DNA of 63,543 nt, filler included, from Stramenopiles sp. TOSAG23-6 (GCA_900128565.1; 11 parts of 11 records of this genome joined end to end with filler, not necessarily neighbours in it), one strand, 5' to 3'; positions 48,966 through 61,673 are shown, counted from the first letter of the whole stretch. Program-made: numbers and translations. Notes: a model not told the origin generated them from the letters alone.

Positions 48966-50402
48966 ATGTTGTCCATGGATCTAAATACTTCCGCATTGAT
49001 GGGTGTAAATGTCGCTCTTCTAGGATTCTTATTTAGTAAGTCGTTGTCGATGGATCCTCATACTTACGGGTTATTTAGCGCAGCTGTCGCGTCTACAACT
49101 ATTCTAGGATTTGTTCTCGGTAAGAAAACTGAAAAAGATCAGCACTGGAACAAGGAGCCAAAAATCTGTGACACAATTTTAGATCATGTTGGAAATACTC
49201 CTCTCGTACGTATAAATAAAATCGCAAAAGACGAAGGCGTCGAATGTGAGATATTAGCAAAGTGTGAATTTTTTAACGCTGGTGGTTCTGTCAAGGACCG
49301 TATTGGTAAACGTATGGTTGTAGATGCTGAAAATAGCGGCCGAATCAAGCCAGGTGATACTCTCATCGAACCTACATCTGGTAATACTGGTATAGGCCTT
49401 GCTTTAGCAGCTGCCGTAATGGGATACAACATGGTGATTGCACTCCCAAAGAAAATGAGCGATGAAAAAGTAAATGTGTTGAAAGCTCTAGGTGCTATCG
49501 TGAAACGAACACCGACCGACGCTCCTTGTGTTCCAACCAAGGATATACGCGACGTTCAGGGTAAGGAAGTTGATGGCTACAAATACTCTCATATTGGAAA
49601 GGCGGCAAAAATTTGTGACCAATTGAATGAAAAAGAGCCAGGTAGCGCTCATATTTTGGATCAGTATTCTAATCCATCAAACCCTTTGGCTCACATTGAA
49701 GGTACAGCAGAAGAATTGATACGCCAATGTGATGGAAAAATTGACGTATTTGTCGCCACGGCTGGAACCGGTGGAACAATTGCTGGTATTGCAAAGAAAT
49801 TAAAGGAGGCTATTCCAGGTATTACTATTGTCGGTGTTGATCCATATGGCTCAATTTTGGCGGAATCTGGTGCAGGTAAAATTATCAACAATAAGCTTGG
49901 TGATAAGAATAATAACCCTGAAAAAACAGGCAACCCAATTGAGCATGGTTATCAAGTGGAGGGTATTGGCTACGATTTTATTCCTAAAGTTTTGTCAGGG
50001 ATTGTTGGTGTTAACGAAAATGCAAGGAAAAGTTTGGTCGATTACTGGCTTAAGACTCATGATCGCGAATCTTTTATGATGTCCCGACGTATGATTCGNG
50101 ATGAAGGGCTTCTCTGTGGGGGATCATGCGGCTCGGCAATGGTTGGTGCGGTTGAAATATGTAAGAAATTGAACCTAAAAAAAGGGCAACGAGTAGTTGT
50201 TTTGCTTGCTGATTCAACACGGAATTACATGACAAAGTTTCTGAAAGATGACTGGATGAAAGGTTATGGTTTCGAACCAAAGAGCACTGAACCGCAGTAC
50301 AAACCAACAAAAAACTTGAAAGCGCTAGCCAAGAATTCAGCAGAGCTTAAAAACTTAAATTGCGAAGATACATGGTGTGAGCAGCATATTGCAGAGTCTT
50401 AA
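48966..50402 (+). CDS. CBS: Cystathionine beta-synthase
   Basis: [58 protein letters not shown]. Confidence 0.92.
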   Translation: MLSMDLNTSALMGVNVALLGFLFSKSLSMDPHTYGLFSAAVASTTILGFVLGKKTEKDQHWNKEPKICDTILDHVGNTPLVRINKIAKDEGVECEILAKCEFFNAGGSVKDRIGKRMVVDAENSGRIKPGDTLIEPTSGNTGIGLALAAAVMGYNMVIALPKKMSDEKVNVLKALGAIVKRTPTDAPCVPTKDIRDVQGKEVDGYKYSHIGKAAKICDQLNEKEPGSAHILDQYSNPSNPLAHIEGTAEELIRQCDGKIDVFVATAGTGGTIAGIAKKLKEAIPGITIVGVDPYGSILAESGAGKIINNKLGDKNNNPEKTGNPIEHGYQVEGIGYDFIPKVLSGIVGVNENARKSLVDYWLKTHDRESFMMSRRMIXDEGLLCGGSCGSAMVGAVEICKKLNLKKGQRVVVLLADSTRNYMTKFLKDDWMKGYGFEPKSTEPQYKPTKNLKALAKNSAELKNLNCEDTWCEQHIAES

Positions 50403-50530
50403 TATGTCAATAGTATTTGAAATTAGGGTTAGGGTTCTTAAAAAAATAAACTTTTTCTTTGACGACTAACGTTGTTTCTCTTTCAAGCTATTATTTTTAT
50501 GACAATCAAATTTATTTTACTATAACTCTA

Positions 50531-51151
50531 TTACTGTTGTTTACAATCTGAAGGGGAATCACTTTGATTCATCTTTTGATTTCGTCTACTTCTTAGNTTC
50601 GCTTCTACCTCTCTAACTGCAGGGACTTTCTCATANGAGATTTTAAGAGTCTGATTACTATGTTCACAAGATACAAGTCTAGGATCGAGTTTTAGCTCTA
50701 ATCTCTTCAAAGCTGGAATGTCAAATCGCTTGAAATACTTTTTATTTGTAGTTCGAAGTACTATTTGTTGTTTTTCCTCATCGACAGAAAGCTGGAATAT
50801 GTTCTTTGGGTACGGCAAGTTTCGAATACGCCAAATGAAGGCACTTGAACTATCCTGGGGAATAAACACTGGGTTTTTCGCACGACTAACTTTCATTGCA
50901 CCCCCTGCAATCATTGATGAAGCTGGCTTCGTTGGTGCATCACCAATTTCAAATTCCCAGCGAGTCCAGCCTCCCAACGTAGTTTTAGAACGCCAACGGC
51001 GTACCAGTAATTCATCTGTTTTGGCATCATATTCTTCGGCACATTCTGAGGCTGTTATACCATTTTTCGCAGGCCAACTCGTTATAACACGCAANCGACC
51101 ACCTGCTGTTGCTACAGTCGACGTACCTGGTGTTTTACGAATAGCATACAT
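50531..51151 (-). CDS. DPCD: DPCD protein
   Basis: EEYD...LLVRRWR, WEFEIG, NPVF..D...FIWRIRNLPYP, LRTTNKKYFKRF. Confidence 0.9.
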   Translation of the reverse strand: MYAIRKTPGTSTVATAGGXLRVITSWPAKNGITASECAEEYDAKTDELLVRRWRSKTTLGGWTRWEFEIGDAPTKPASSMIAGGAMKVSRAKNPVFIPQDSSSAFIWRIRNLPYPKNIFQLSVDEEKQQIVLRTTNKKYFKRFDIPALKRLELKLDPRLVSCEHSNQTLKIXYEKVPAVREVEAXLRSRRNQKMNQSDSPSDCKQQ

Positions 51152-51373
51152 CTATTGATAATGTAGAAATACTAATACAGCAATAAATAATTGAAAATTG
51201 TGTGAGGATTTTGAGATTCGGAAATTTTGGGGGAGGTGGTCGGTGTCACAAACCTGTTAACTTCGATCGATTCAGCAGAAAACGAGACTCAAGAAAAACA
51301 AGGCCTCTTCTCTCGCTTCGTTGTGCGTGTTGTTGTTGTTTCCACTGATCAATATTGCAGTATAACTAGAACC

Positions 51374-52215
51374 ATGGTCGCTCACACTCTCGCCACTGGC
51401 TTAAAAAAAGGGCATGTATCTACTAAACGCCCTGCAGCAAAATCTCTCCGTGCTTCTCGCACTGCTGGACGTTGCGCTAGCCGCGTAAAGCTTGTCAGAG
51501 ATCTCATCACTGAAGTTGCTGGACTTACTCCACTCGAGAAGCGTCTTATTGATATCCTCAAGGTAAGTTATATATCTAGAAATTGTATATATTGAGCGTG
51601 TTTTCTTGTGTTATGTGTACAAAAGAGTATCTGTGATACTTTTGTTGCAATNAATTCTGCAATAACAGTTGCTATCTGTGTGTGCAATTGTTTATAGTTC
51701 TTTTAGTTTCTGTCTTACAGCATATATTTTCTATACGAAATTTTGGGTTGAGATATGAATTGGGGAATACCATTCTTATTTCTAAGCCAAGCATGTATTA
51801 CATATCGTAGATGTAGCATATTTGAGATAGAAAAGTTGCTTTAGCATATGAATTATTCAGTTATTGTACCCACGTGTTTGACTGTCCATGTTCATGACGA
51901 AGTCACCTTAGTATAATATGATTGTTTATTCAAGAGCTATAGCTATGTGTCACAAACTAAGAATTTCTACCACATTGCAAATTAATACCAAGTGTTTCCG
52001 CAAGTATTATCATTTTGTATTAGAATCATATACTCAAATACTAACTTTTAAAACATTTTTGAATATTCTTACTTAAATAGATTGGTCTCGGTAACCCTGA
52101 TAAACGTGTCTACAAGCTCGCTAAGCGCCGTCTTGGTACACACAAGCGCGCTCTCCTCAAACGCGANAAGGTCAAAACCCTTTACTCACAGATGAAAGCA
52201 CGCGGACAGAACTAA
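51374..52215 (+). CDS. RPL36: 60S ribosomal protein L36 (eL36); exons 51374-51562 and 52081-52215
   Basis: GLKKGH, EVAGLTPLEKR, KRRLGTHKRA; canonical AG|GTAAGT...TACTAAC...TAG intron. Confidence 0.95.
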
Positions 52216-52571
52216 GCACGTTAACCGCATATTTATATGCATATGAGAAGGATATATGTTTTGAAGTTTTTATAGGAATGTTTCTATATTTGTTGGACTG
52301 TGAAATCTAGAGATTTTGTATTTAGTACGAAATTTTGTATGTAACACGAAATCGACTTTATATAACATGACAATATTTACTTGATATTTCTTTATTAAGG
52401 CTTTACATCTTTGCTTTTGGTTCAGCAATAAATCTTTCAAATGATCAGCTAAAGGCTTTAGACTTTTATATATTTTTTTTCGTAGAAAATTTTATACCAA
52501 AAAAAAATTCATTTCAACTTTAAATTTTTTTATTTTTATCATCAANGCAAAGTAAATTAAATAGTACTTAC

Positions 52572-53447
52572 TTAATAGCAAGCAGCTGGATCTGTCCTAC
52601 TTCGAACTGCACGCAATGAATGTAACAATCTCTGAACCTCTGCTGATCTACTTTTCTTCTTTTTTCTATATTCTTGATACCATAATGATATTGGTTCATA
52701 TGATGACGTACTGCTTTGCGATGAGTTCGAACGCCTCGAGCCAATATTTTTTCTCGAATCAAGGAATCCACCATGTTTCCCATTAAATTTACTCAATCCN
52801 CTTAATGGCAATTTAGATAGCTGATGAGATAAAGTGTGAGNACCACTACTTTCTTTGGGAACGTCTTCTAGCGCTAACATTGCCATTCCATTTCCGACCA
52901 TGGCTTCGTCTTTTTGCAGAGACTCAGTACTATTTTTCAATTGAAACGCACTACTTTGAATACTTCTATTACGCGGCGATCGTTTAGTACTTCTTGGTGG
53001 AAGCATAGCCGCATCGTACATTTCAGTGCGTAAGGTTTCTTGAATTTGCTTTCGTATATTTTTCCTTTTTGAACCATCTGGATAATAAAGAGGTTGTATA
53101 TTGCTTTCGTGAGTTAGCTGAGACTGTATACCAGTGTGTTTCATCACAGGGACCGAAATTGGTTCCACAAAGAGTTTAGTNTGTAGTGACTGTTGATCCT
53201 TATTTGCTACCATCGTAGGATATTGTGAAGCATTTAAGGTCATAATATCCAAATATGGAGCTAACCCATTTCGTCTCTCATATTGGGACCTAAATGAAAA
53301 TGATCTTCTAGAAGCTGTGGCACGCTGTGGCACTGTCGAATCGAAATCAAAAGTACCTACATCAGATGAACGGATAACACTAAATTGTGAATCATTTTGT
53401 TGCATNTCATCGTGTGCCTGNACGGCATCATCAAGAGAATCACCCAT
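52572..53447 (-). CDS. Hypothetical low-complexity protein
   Basis: 291-aa ORF, no recognised domain. Confidence 0.55.
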   Translation of the reverse strand: MGDSLDDAXQAHDXMQQNDSQFSVIRSSDVGTFDFDSTVPQRATASRRSFSFRSQYERRNGLAPYLDIMTLNASQYPTMVANKDQQSLXTKLFVEPISVPVMKHTGIQSQLTHESNIQPLYYPDGSKRKNIRKQIQETLRTEMYDAAMLPPRSTKRSPRNRSIQSSAFQLKNSTESLQKDEAMVGNGMAMLALEDVPKESSGXHTLSHQLSKLPLXGLSKFNGKHGGFLDSRKNIGSRRSNSSQSSTSSYEPISLWYQEYRKKKKSRSAEVQRLLHSLRAVRSRTDPAACY

Positions 53448-53657
53448 CTTTTGAGAGTTGCACTTGAACTTGCTTCAAAAAAGAGGATGTATTAAAAACA
53501 TGAAACCGTAATGACCACTCGCACTACCTTCCCGAATATTTTTGGTACGGAATTTCGTACCTAACGGAATCTGTTCGAAGCGTGTGGATACTCTACCACG
53601 GGATAAAGTTTCAAAATAGAACTTTTTTACCTTCCCGTAAGAAATTGAATTTTAATA

Positions 53658-54458
53658 ATGCCTAGAAGCTTTAAGCGATGGCTACAAGCGTTTGATACTA
53701 ATTTAGGTAACTTGTATGGAGTAATGTTTGAAACATCACGGGTAAAGGTTCGTGATCTAGGTTTGTTCCCCATAGTTCCGAAGTCTACTAGTGTCATTGT
53801 TAGAAGAAACATCTTCCCAGTTCGTGTTGGGGATATCGTTGCACTTCTTCCCGGTACAAATATGCTCAACAATAGTAATAGATCAATATCTCAGAACCAG
53901 GAACAAACTATTTTTAGAAAAGTACAAGCCCTTCCGGGAGATGAAATGGATTCTGCTGATGGTATAACTCCTAGTTTTTTTCTTCCTGACTGTGAATATT
54001 GGTGTGAAGTAGAACGACCCATTGAAGATAATAATGACGTTCTAGATTCGAGTGATTTTGGACCAGTAATATTACCGATATCAGCCAGCAATGGCATTTC
54101 CGAAACACACGCATGGTTAAACCGATATGATATGGATACAACACCATACTTTATCTATATATGTTTTATTTTTTTTTCAATTTCGAATTTATTTTTCATA
54201 CGAAATTTCGTACCTAACAAATTTTTTTAGATTTTTTTTGAAATATTTTTCCAAAATACATGGTCGGGCGATATTCCGAGTTGAAGAGGCGGATGAGGAT
54301 CCAATAATAGGGAAACCAATAATTGCCTCTAATAAAGCAGAATTGGGTGAAACTAGTGGACTTCGTCTTTTACAAAATAATCCAAAGTCAATGCAGGAGG
54401 ACAAGGCTTATGCTTCTCTAGTGAAGCATTTTTGGATCGATTATATATATAGAAACAT
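53658..54458 (+). CDS. S26 signal peptidase/IMP-like fold protein; exons 53658-54158 and 54262-54458
   Basis: GDIVAL, RKVQALPGD, DSSDFGPV, spliced IYGRAIFR. Confidence 0.6.
54159..54261 (+). other. Family intron AT-AT (slides to AT-AC)
   Basis: Starts ATATGTTTT; phase 0 gives YGRAIFR. Confidence 0.7.
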
Positions 54459-54462
54459 GTAT

Positions 54463-54511
<49 letters not shown>

Positions 54512-54611
54512 NNNNNNNNNNNNNNNNNNNNNNNNNNNNNNNNNNNNNNNNNNNNTTAATTAATTAANNNNNNNNNNNNNNNNNNNNNNNNNNNNNNNNN
54601 NNNNNNNNNNN

Positions 54612-57600
54612 GAAATTTTGTACCTAACAAATTTTAGTTTTTTTTTTTGAAATATTTTTCCAAAAAGCATACACCGTGCTAAACAAATAGGAGTGACTAA
54701 AAGTTTAGAAATAGGACCAGGTAACGTTCTTTCTGGATTAATGAGAGCTGAAGGAATTAAAAGTGTATCGTGTAATGGTGATCATCTTTGTGATTTGGCT
54801 AGTTTAAATGAAATAGTAAAGTTTATGAAATGATTAATAAAAAAAATGTTTTATTCTTTTATTCTACGTAAATTATTTAATCTTCATCATCTTATCATAA
54901 TTCTTCATCGTCTTCGTATTCACTTCCCGTATACTCTTCATAAGAATCATCATCTTGATTATTTTTACCATCCGTTAGAATAGGAAAGTCTGAATTTTGA
55001 ATTTGCTTTTCATTTTCATCATATACAAATTGTTTTGGGCCACTTTCAAAAATCAAACTTTTTCCGAAAATATAACTGAATTTTTCGAGTCGTAGCCATC
55101 GCCCGTATTGATCATTCCATTTTTCACGATTCGATTTCATCAATCCTCGCAATTTTGTTTTTCTTCGAAGATGGTGTTTTTTATACAATGTATTCAATTT
55201 TGTATTTATCCCTTTTTTCGAAATATATAAAGGCAATAATGAAGCCAAAAAGATAAAACTTGCAATCATAAAAGTTGTTAAGATTGTACCATTTGTATCA
55301 TTTTGAGTAACTCTATAATAACTATGTCTTACTTGCAAGCCTTTGCCATACGTTTCAACTCGTCCATTGAGTGGATCTCTTCGTAGAACATTGACATAAT
55401 AACTGACATTATTCTTGACGTAAATATCTTCATACGCCCAACCTGATACAGTCCAATTACCACCACCATGACCACCTTCACTACCAGTACGATGCGCACT
55501 AGGTTCATTCATATTCAAACTATTTGTATTCCAAAGTCTTTCAGAAGCAGCAGCTACAGTCTCATATACACGAGAACTTGCCATGATATTTGATGGTTCG
55601 AAGTTACCGATGCTCATCAAATATTTCAATCTTCTATTTCCTTCATTTTCTGATTTATTATCTGTACTATCCGTATTATCTGTATCCGTGACATTTCTAT
55701 CTTTAAATGGCGTACTTTCATGACGATTTGTAGCTTGTATTGAAATACCATTTCTTTCAACACCACATCCTGTCCACATCACACAGTCAGTAGGTGGAAC
55801 ATTTACACCACAAGAACCTCTCTCACGAATATTTGCGTTACAATCACTTCCATCTTCATGTATCAAAGTATGACCAAAACTATCCATTTCCGATTTGCAA
55901 TCTGGCCGCTCAACATAATTTAATAAGTATTGCTCTCGCTCTACATTTGTAGTTTTCCAAAATACTCTAATCATAGGCAAATTTCTACTAGGAATTTCCA
56001 CTGCACAAAGCGAGTCGACTAATACTGTTGGTACACATTTACCTTGGTGAGAAGTCTTGTTTTTATTTGTATTCAATGATTCTTTTGGTAATTCTGAACC
56101 ATCTCGTGAACTATCTAATAATCCCCATAACCATCCCGGTGATTTAGGAAGAACCCAATCAAAATTTACTATAGAATCCTTCTTTGTATCTGGTTGAAAA
56201 TTACAGCAATGTAATAAACATTTCGATTCGTTGTCGTCAAAGTCGCTACACTTCATTGTACTATCTATGATTGCATCAGTCATGTTGACATAAAGAGGAT
56301 GTGCATTTGGTACATGAAGAGATTGGGCATAGGTATAATCTTGTACACCTATAGGATTGGCATCACTTAATGTACTTGCATCATTTGCCTTGAGTTCGAC
56401 ACTTACTGAAAATGAACTCGATGATAATCCATACACGGATATTAACCATCCCCCATGGGTTACTGGTAGAGATATAGTTTGTATTGAAGAAACGTAGTTA
56501 GATTGACTTACAATAGGTGAATGACTTACAGGTCGGTATTTAGAACTGATTTGAAGTTTGAGTCCTCCGAGATCTGTTATTGATGCTTTTGTCAATGTAA
56601 GAACTATTTCACATGCAGAATCACATTGTGCTTGAAGTATTGAACTCTGACTTCCTAAAATATTTATTTCAAGAATAATATCATCAGAATCAGTTAACTC
56701 TGTTTCAAATTTTATCTGCGTAGATGTAATTCCAAATCCTGCAACATTTGCAATTTTTTCTTTCAAACTTATTAAAGTAGCATTATCTTTCATTTTCGAT
56801 ACTATGTTATCTCCTGTAGCTTTTAAACGAATGATCACATCCTTTATTCCATGAAACCCCCAACAATTTTCACCAAAATTTAAAGCAGGATATTTAACAG
56901 AAGAATGTGATAAAGCTTCAGCAGCCGCAATATCCGCAGCTTCTTTTGCCTTTTCTATTGCAGCATTTACATCCACTGTACCAAGACCATCATTTTGAGC
57001 CTTTACCTTTGCATCAAAGAGTGTCTTTGATCTCGCAGTGTTTTCAGCTGAATACCTTTCAATATCAACCAAAAAGTCATCAGGTCCTTGTGGTAAATAT
57101 CCAGTATTCTTATCTGGAAATGGCCACGTCATTTTAGATCGAGTACCCTTTACCGTTGTGTTGTTCCCAGTATGTGATGCCGGAGGTGTAGTTTCGAATA
57201 ATTGCCACATTTTTTGTCCTTTCCAAAGAATTTGTGGTTTCACAAAAATTTCAGATAAACCAGAACAAGGTTCCAGTTTAAATGTAATAGTAGCACCACT
57301 TGGGTTGTGTAGTGCTTTTATATTCTCTGCGTCTAAAACATAGTGATAATGTTTATATCCACCAACATCAACGGTATCTCTAATTTCATCCCAATAACCA
57401 GAAAGAGGAATACATTTAATACCTTTCTCTACAGTAACTTTCTCTTCTTTTAAGTCTTTATCAAACACTCGTTTTTCATATGACAACATAGAGTTTGGGT
57501 TTTTATACAATTTTGCTGTACTAAGAGAGTTTATCCCTGAAATTTGTAAATCTTTTCCATCAAGTAATCCCAGAGGATCTTCACAGGCTTTATAACGATA

Positions 57601-60600
57601 AGGGAATAAATGAGGGTCTTTCAGACCAATATCCATCCCAGTATCGGAAAGATCTGTGGGTTGTTGAACAATTAATATATCTGATGGATTTTGAGAGTAT
57701 GCTACATTAGTTGCAATAACTATTCCCACTTGAGCATTGGGTAGAGTTATGAAAAAGTTATACACAAAGAAGACATTAAATGCAAATATTACTACACCAC
57801 AACTATTGCGAAAGCAGGACATCTTTTTGAAAATCACAAGGTTATGATTCTGCAATTATTTGATTTGTTTATTGGTTATTATTGAAGAATTGACATTGTT
57901 AAATGAATTTTACCTATAATTACCGGCAGTAGTAGTGTGTAAGCAAAAATAAATACTGTCAAATACTCTCAAGTTCGACGGTTTCGTACTATAGGTACCG
58001 GGTATCGGTATTTCAATTAAGAATATTTATTGTTAAATGTCAACAAACAATGAATGAAAGATGAAAGTAAAAGTGTCAATACATTAATTCACAGATCTGA
58101 TAGTAGAATGAAGACCAAAAATTTATAAAATAAAGACTCCAATTTACTTTTTGTCTTTCTTTTTCTTCTTTTTCTTCTTCTTCTTCGTATCAAGATTAGC
58201 CATTAAATCTTCTATAGACGCATCTTTTCCTTTACTCTTTGCGGCTTTCGCAGCAAGTTTCTTCTCAGCTTGTCTATCTGCGATCTCTTTCTTTTTTTTC
58301 GCTTCCTCTCTCAAGCGTTTCACTTCCTCGCGCTTTGCTTTAGCATCTGAAGCTTTGTCTGCGTTAAACGCACGGTCTCCTATTCCCGATTTACCACCAC
58401 CGCCAGCTGCTTCAGCAGCAGCTTTGGCTTGATTCCGTGCCCTAGCAGTAGCTGATTTTTGTCCATTTCCTCCTCCCATAGTATTCTTGAACTGCTTCTT
58501 TGAATTAAAATGTGTGCTTATTCGTGACGTTCACTGTAAAAATTTAGACACCGTGGTTACTAATATTTGTGTATTGTGGTGGTGTGCTCTGTGCTGCTGC
58601 TCTGTGCGCTGCTGAATAAATACGTTCACTTCCGTTCACTTTTTCGCACTGGATGAAAAAGCGAGAATTGCGATTGCCGGATTGGTACAAAAATCCGTAC
58701 CTAAACCAAAAAAAGAAAAATATATCGGTTAGAAAAAAAAACAAAAAGATTACTACCTACGATACACACTATAGTTGTTGTTGTTGTTGTTGTTGTTATT
58801 GTAGACCCTGATTATCAAGGTGACAAATTATTTGCAGTCTTTTTCGATTTTATTGTTAGAATGAAAAAACATTGATTCATTGTACGATTAGCCCTTTGCG
58901 AGGATTCTGTATCATAGTCAAATTAGTTAGTATATAGTATATAGTAAAGTAGTAGATAATGGCAAAAGTAGTACAATCGAGAGAGACAAAAACAATACAG
59001 GCATTGGACATTCGCGCTCGCGCATCAAGCGACCCTCTTGATTATACTCCAACATTTCTACGACATAGTTCTAAAAATAGAGATCAGAAAACCATAGTTG
59101 TATCAGATATTCATAATAGTAGTAATGGTAGTGAAATAATGGGCTTTTCGCCTGACGAAAAAGTAAACCTTCGTTCAAAAATAGCTCTTGGTATTGGTGA
59201 AGCAGCGCAAACAATATGGGTACTTGTTGCTGGATTTTATCTTAATATTTTTCTTCTAGAAACATTGTGTATGTCAACGTCAACGGTTGGTATATTTCAA
59301 CTCTGTGGGGGAATTTGGGACACAATTAATGATCCGTGCATAGGAATACTTAGTGATAAAACAAATACTCGTTTTGGTCGACGCCGGCCGTGGCTTCTAG
59401 GTGCTGCTATCCCTGCAGGGTTTTCCTATTTTTGTATTTGGATAGGACCAGATATGGGAGAAACAAGTTTATTTGCGTATTGTTTGACTTGTTATATGTT
59501 AATATCAGCAAGCATCACTTCGATTCAAGTTCAAATATCGTCTCGTACGTTTTCAAAATTGATTTTTGTACCTACAGTTTTTTTCATAGACAATTTTGTA
59601 CCTAACAATTTTTTTTTTNCGAAAAAAAAAAAAAAATATCTCTTCACAAAATTTTCACTCCAGAGTTAACGCGTGATTATGATGAAAGAACTGAGCTTGC
59701 CATGTGGCGATTAGGTATTGGCAATGTACTTGGATTAATTGCTGTGTTTTTACATTCACTTATAGTTCAAGCTTATCCTGAAAGTTCAAAATTGGATGGA
59801 TTTCGAATTTCAGGTTTTGTGATGGGAACAGCAATTTCTTGTTTCGCACTTTTTGCATTTTTCAATATTAAGGAAAAATTTGATATATCAACAGAGTCAA
59901 AGGACGAAATACCTTTTCTAGTTGGTTTAAGACATGTTTTTTCCAACTTTGCTTTTATTTGTGTTGAGGGTGTTTATTTATTTGGTCTAACCGCAGTGGT
60001 GATAGTGCAGACAAATCTAGTATTATTCTGTAAATATATTTTAGAAGATGAAAGTCAGGTTTCTTATCTAATTTTACTTGTCCAAGGAATGGCAATGTTG
60101 TCTCTTCCCTTTTGGAATTGGTTCAGCCAAAAGTATAACAAAAAAATAATGTACCATGTTGGTTCACTAGTAGTTGCAATATCATTAGGAATGATGTTTT
60201 TAATTGATAAAGGGGATATAATATTTGGATATTTCATAGCCGGTGCACTTGGTTTTTGTCTGACTGTTGTTTATTTAGTACCGTACGCAATGTTACCAGA
60301 TGTTATTGAAGAAGATGAATTGAGAACTGGTAAAAGACGAGAAGGCATATATTGTGGCTTTTTTGTTGTATTTATGAAACTATCAGTCACAGGATCTTTA
60401 GCTCTTTCAAATTTTGTACTTGGTATTTCAGGTTATAAATCCCCAACTGCTTTGTGTAGCACAGTGTCAACTGATTTGAAAGCAACTGAGTTTTTAGAAA
60501 CTCAAAAGGATTCAGTTTTGTTGGCAATTAGATTAATGATAAGCCCTGTGGCTATTGTGTTTCTAATAGGGGCAAATATTTGTGTACGAAATTATCCAAT

Positions 60601-61308
60601 TACTCGAGAAAGCCACGCGAAATCTGTAGAATTAGTAAAAGCTAGGAAACAACATGCAAGCCAGGAAAAAACAAATATAAAAACAATGCGTTCTTTAGGA
60701 GCCATTGACGGTTTGAATACATTGGGTGAAACAAAATGTAGTACTCAACATATTGGATTTGGGAAATTACCCGTGGCTGTAAATGATGTAGGTATACGAA
60801 TTCATGGAGATATTGAATTTGGGAAATTACCCGTGGCTGTAAATGATGTAGGTATACGACTTCATGGAGATATTGAAGATCATGATGAAAGAGATAATGT
60901 TAATGATAATGACATTGAAAATTAAAATGTAATGTAAAGGTATTTAAAATAGTAACATATGAAGTAAAATATGAAGTATAATGAAATCAAATTAATTTGA
61001 TGAGCAAATTTATATATTAATTTGTTTTCTTAAAATTTGACTTTATTCAATAAATTTAAAGATACTTCAATTCCTTCTATATACAAACAACTTTTCTTTA
61101 CAAAAACTCTTTTTGTGTTATATTTTGCTTCATATTTTGCCAAATATTCATTCATTACTTTGAGTAAATCTGTATATGAAGATTGTTTCTTTTTCAAAAC
61201 TCTATAAAAGGCAACGATTGTAATCCAAATAATATGTTCTACAACAATTCTCATTTGCGATGGAAACGAATTTGTTTTATTGTTTTCATTTCGATTTGTT
61301 TCATTATT
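54612..61308 (+). repeat. Duplicate of 1-6697 (same genes, offset 54611)
   Basis: Identical ORFs, and the same isolated N. Confidence 0.97.
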
Positions 61309-61439
61309 NNNNNNNNNNNNNNNNNNNNNNNNNNNNNNNNNNNNNNNNNNNNTTAATTAATTAANNNNNNNNNNNNNNNNNNNNNNNNNNNNNNNNNNNN
61401 NNNNNNNNCTTATATTTTGGTAAATCCATCAAAGGTGTT

Positions 61440-61673
61440 CTATCTGCTACAGTTGTGATTTTTATATATGTTTAATTTAAGAAGTTTCACATGTCCATCA
61501 TATTTAGAAGCTTCTTCCATAATCATTTGCAGTGAAGTTTTGCAAGGAGGACATTTTTCAGAATATGTAGTGAGTATAAGAGGAATGTGTGAATGTAAAA
61601 CAATATCTTCAAAGTTTCCCTCATGAACTTCTACGATTGGGAGGTTGGCAAATGGCATTGTAGAGAACCGCAA
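61440..61673 (-). CDS. Thioredoxin-like fragment
   Basis: NFEDIVL..P..YSEKCPPCK...YDGHVKLLKLNI; truncated near contig end. Confidence 0.55.
   Translation of the reverse strand: MRFSTMPFANLPIVEVHEGNFEDIVLHSHIPLILTTYSEKCPPCKTSLQMIMEEASKYDGHVKLLKLNIYKNHNCSR

Noticed and set aside
51563-52080. snoRNA in the RPL36 intron
   Set aside because: Hairpin-like segments exist but no convincing C/D or H/ACA box set; needs an Infernal search
54612-61308. Segmental duplication of the first contig
   Set aside because: Identical including an ambiguous base and bounded by linkers; most likely redundant assembly
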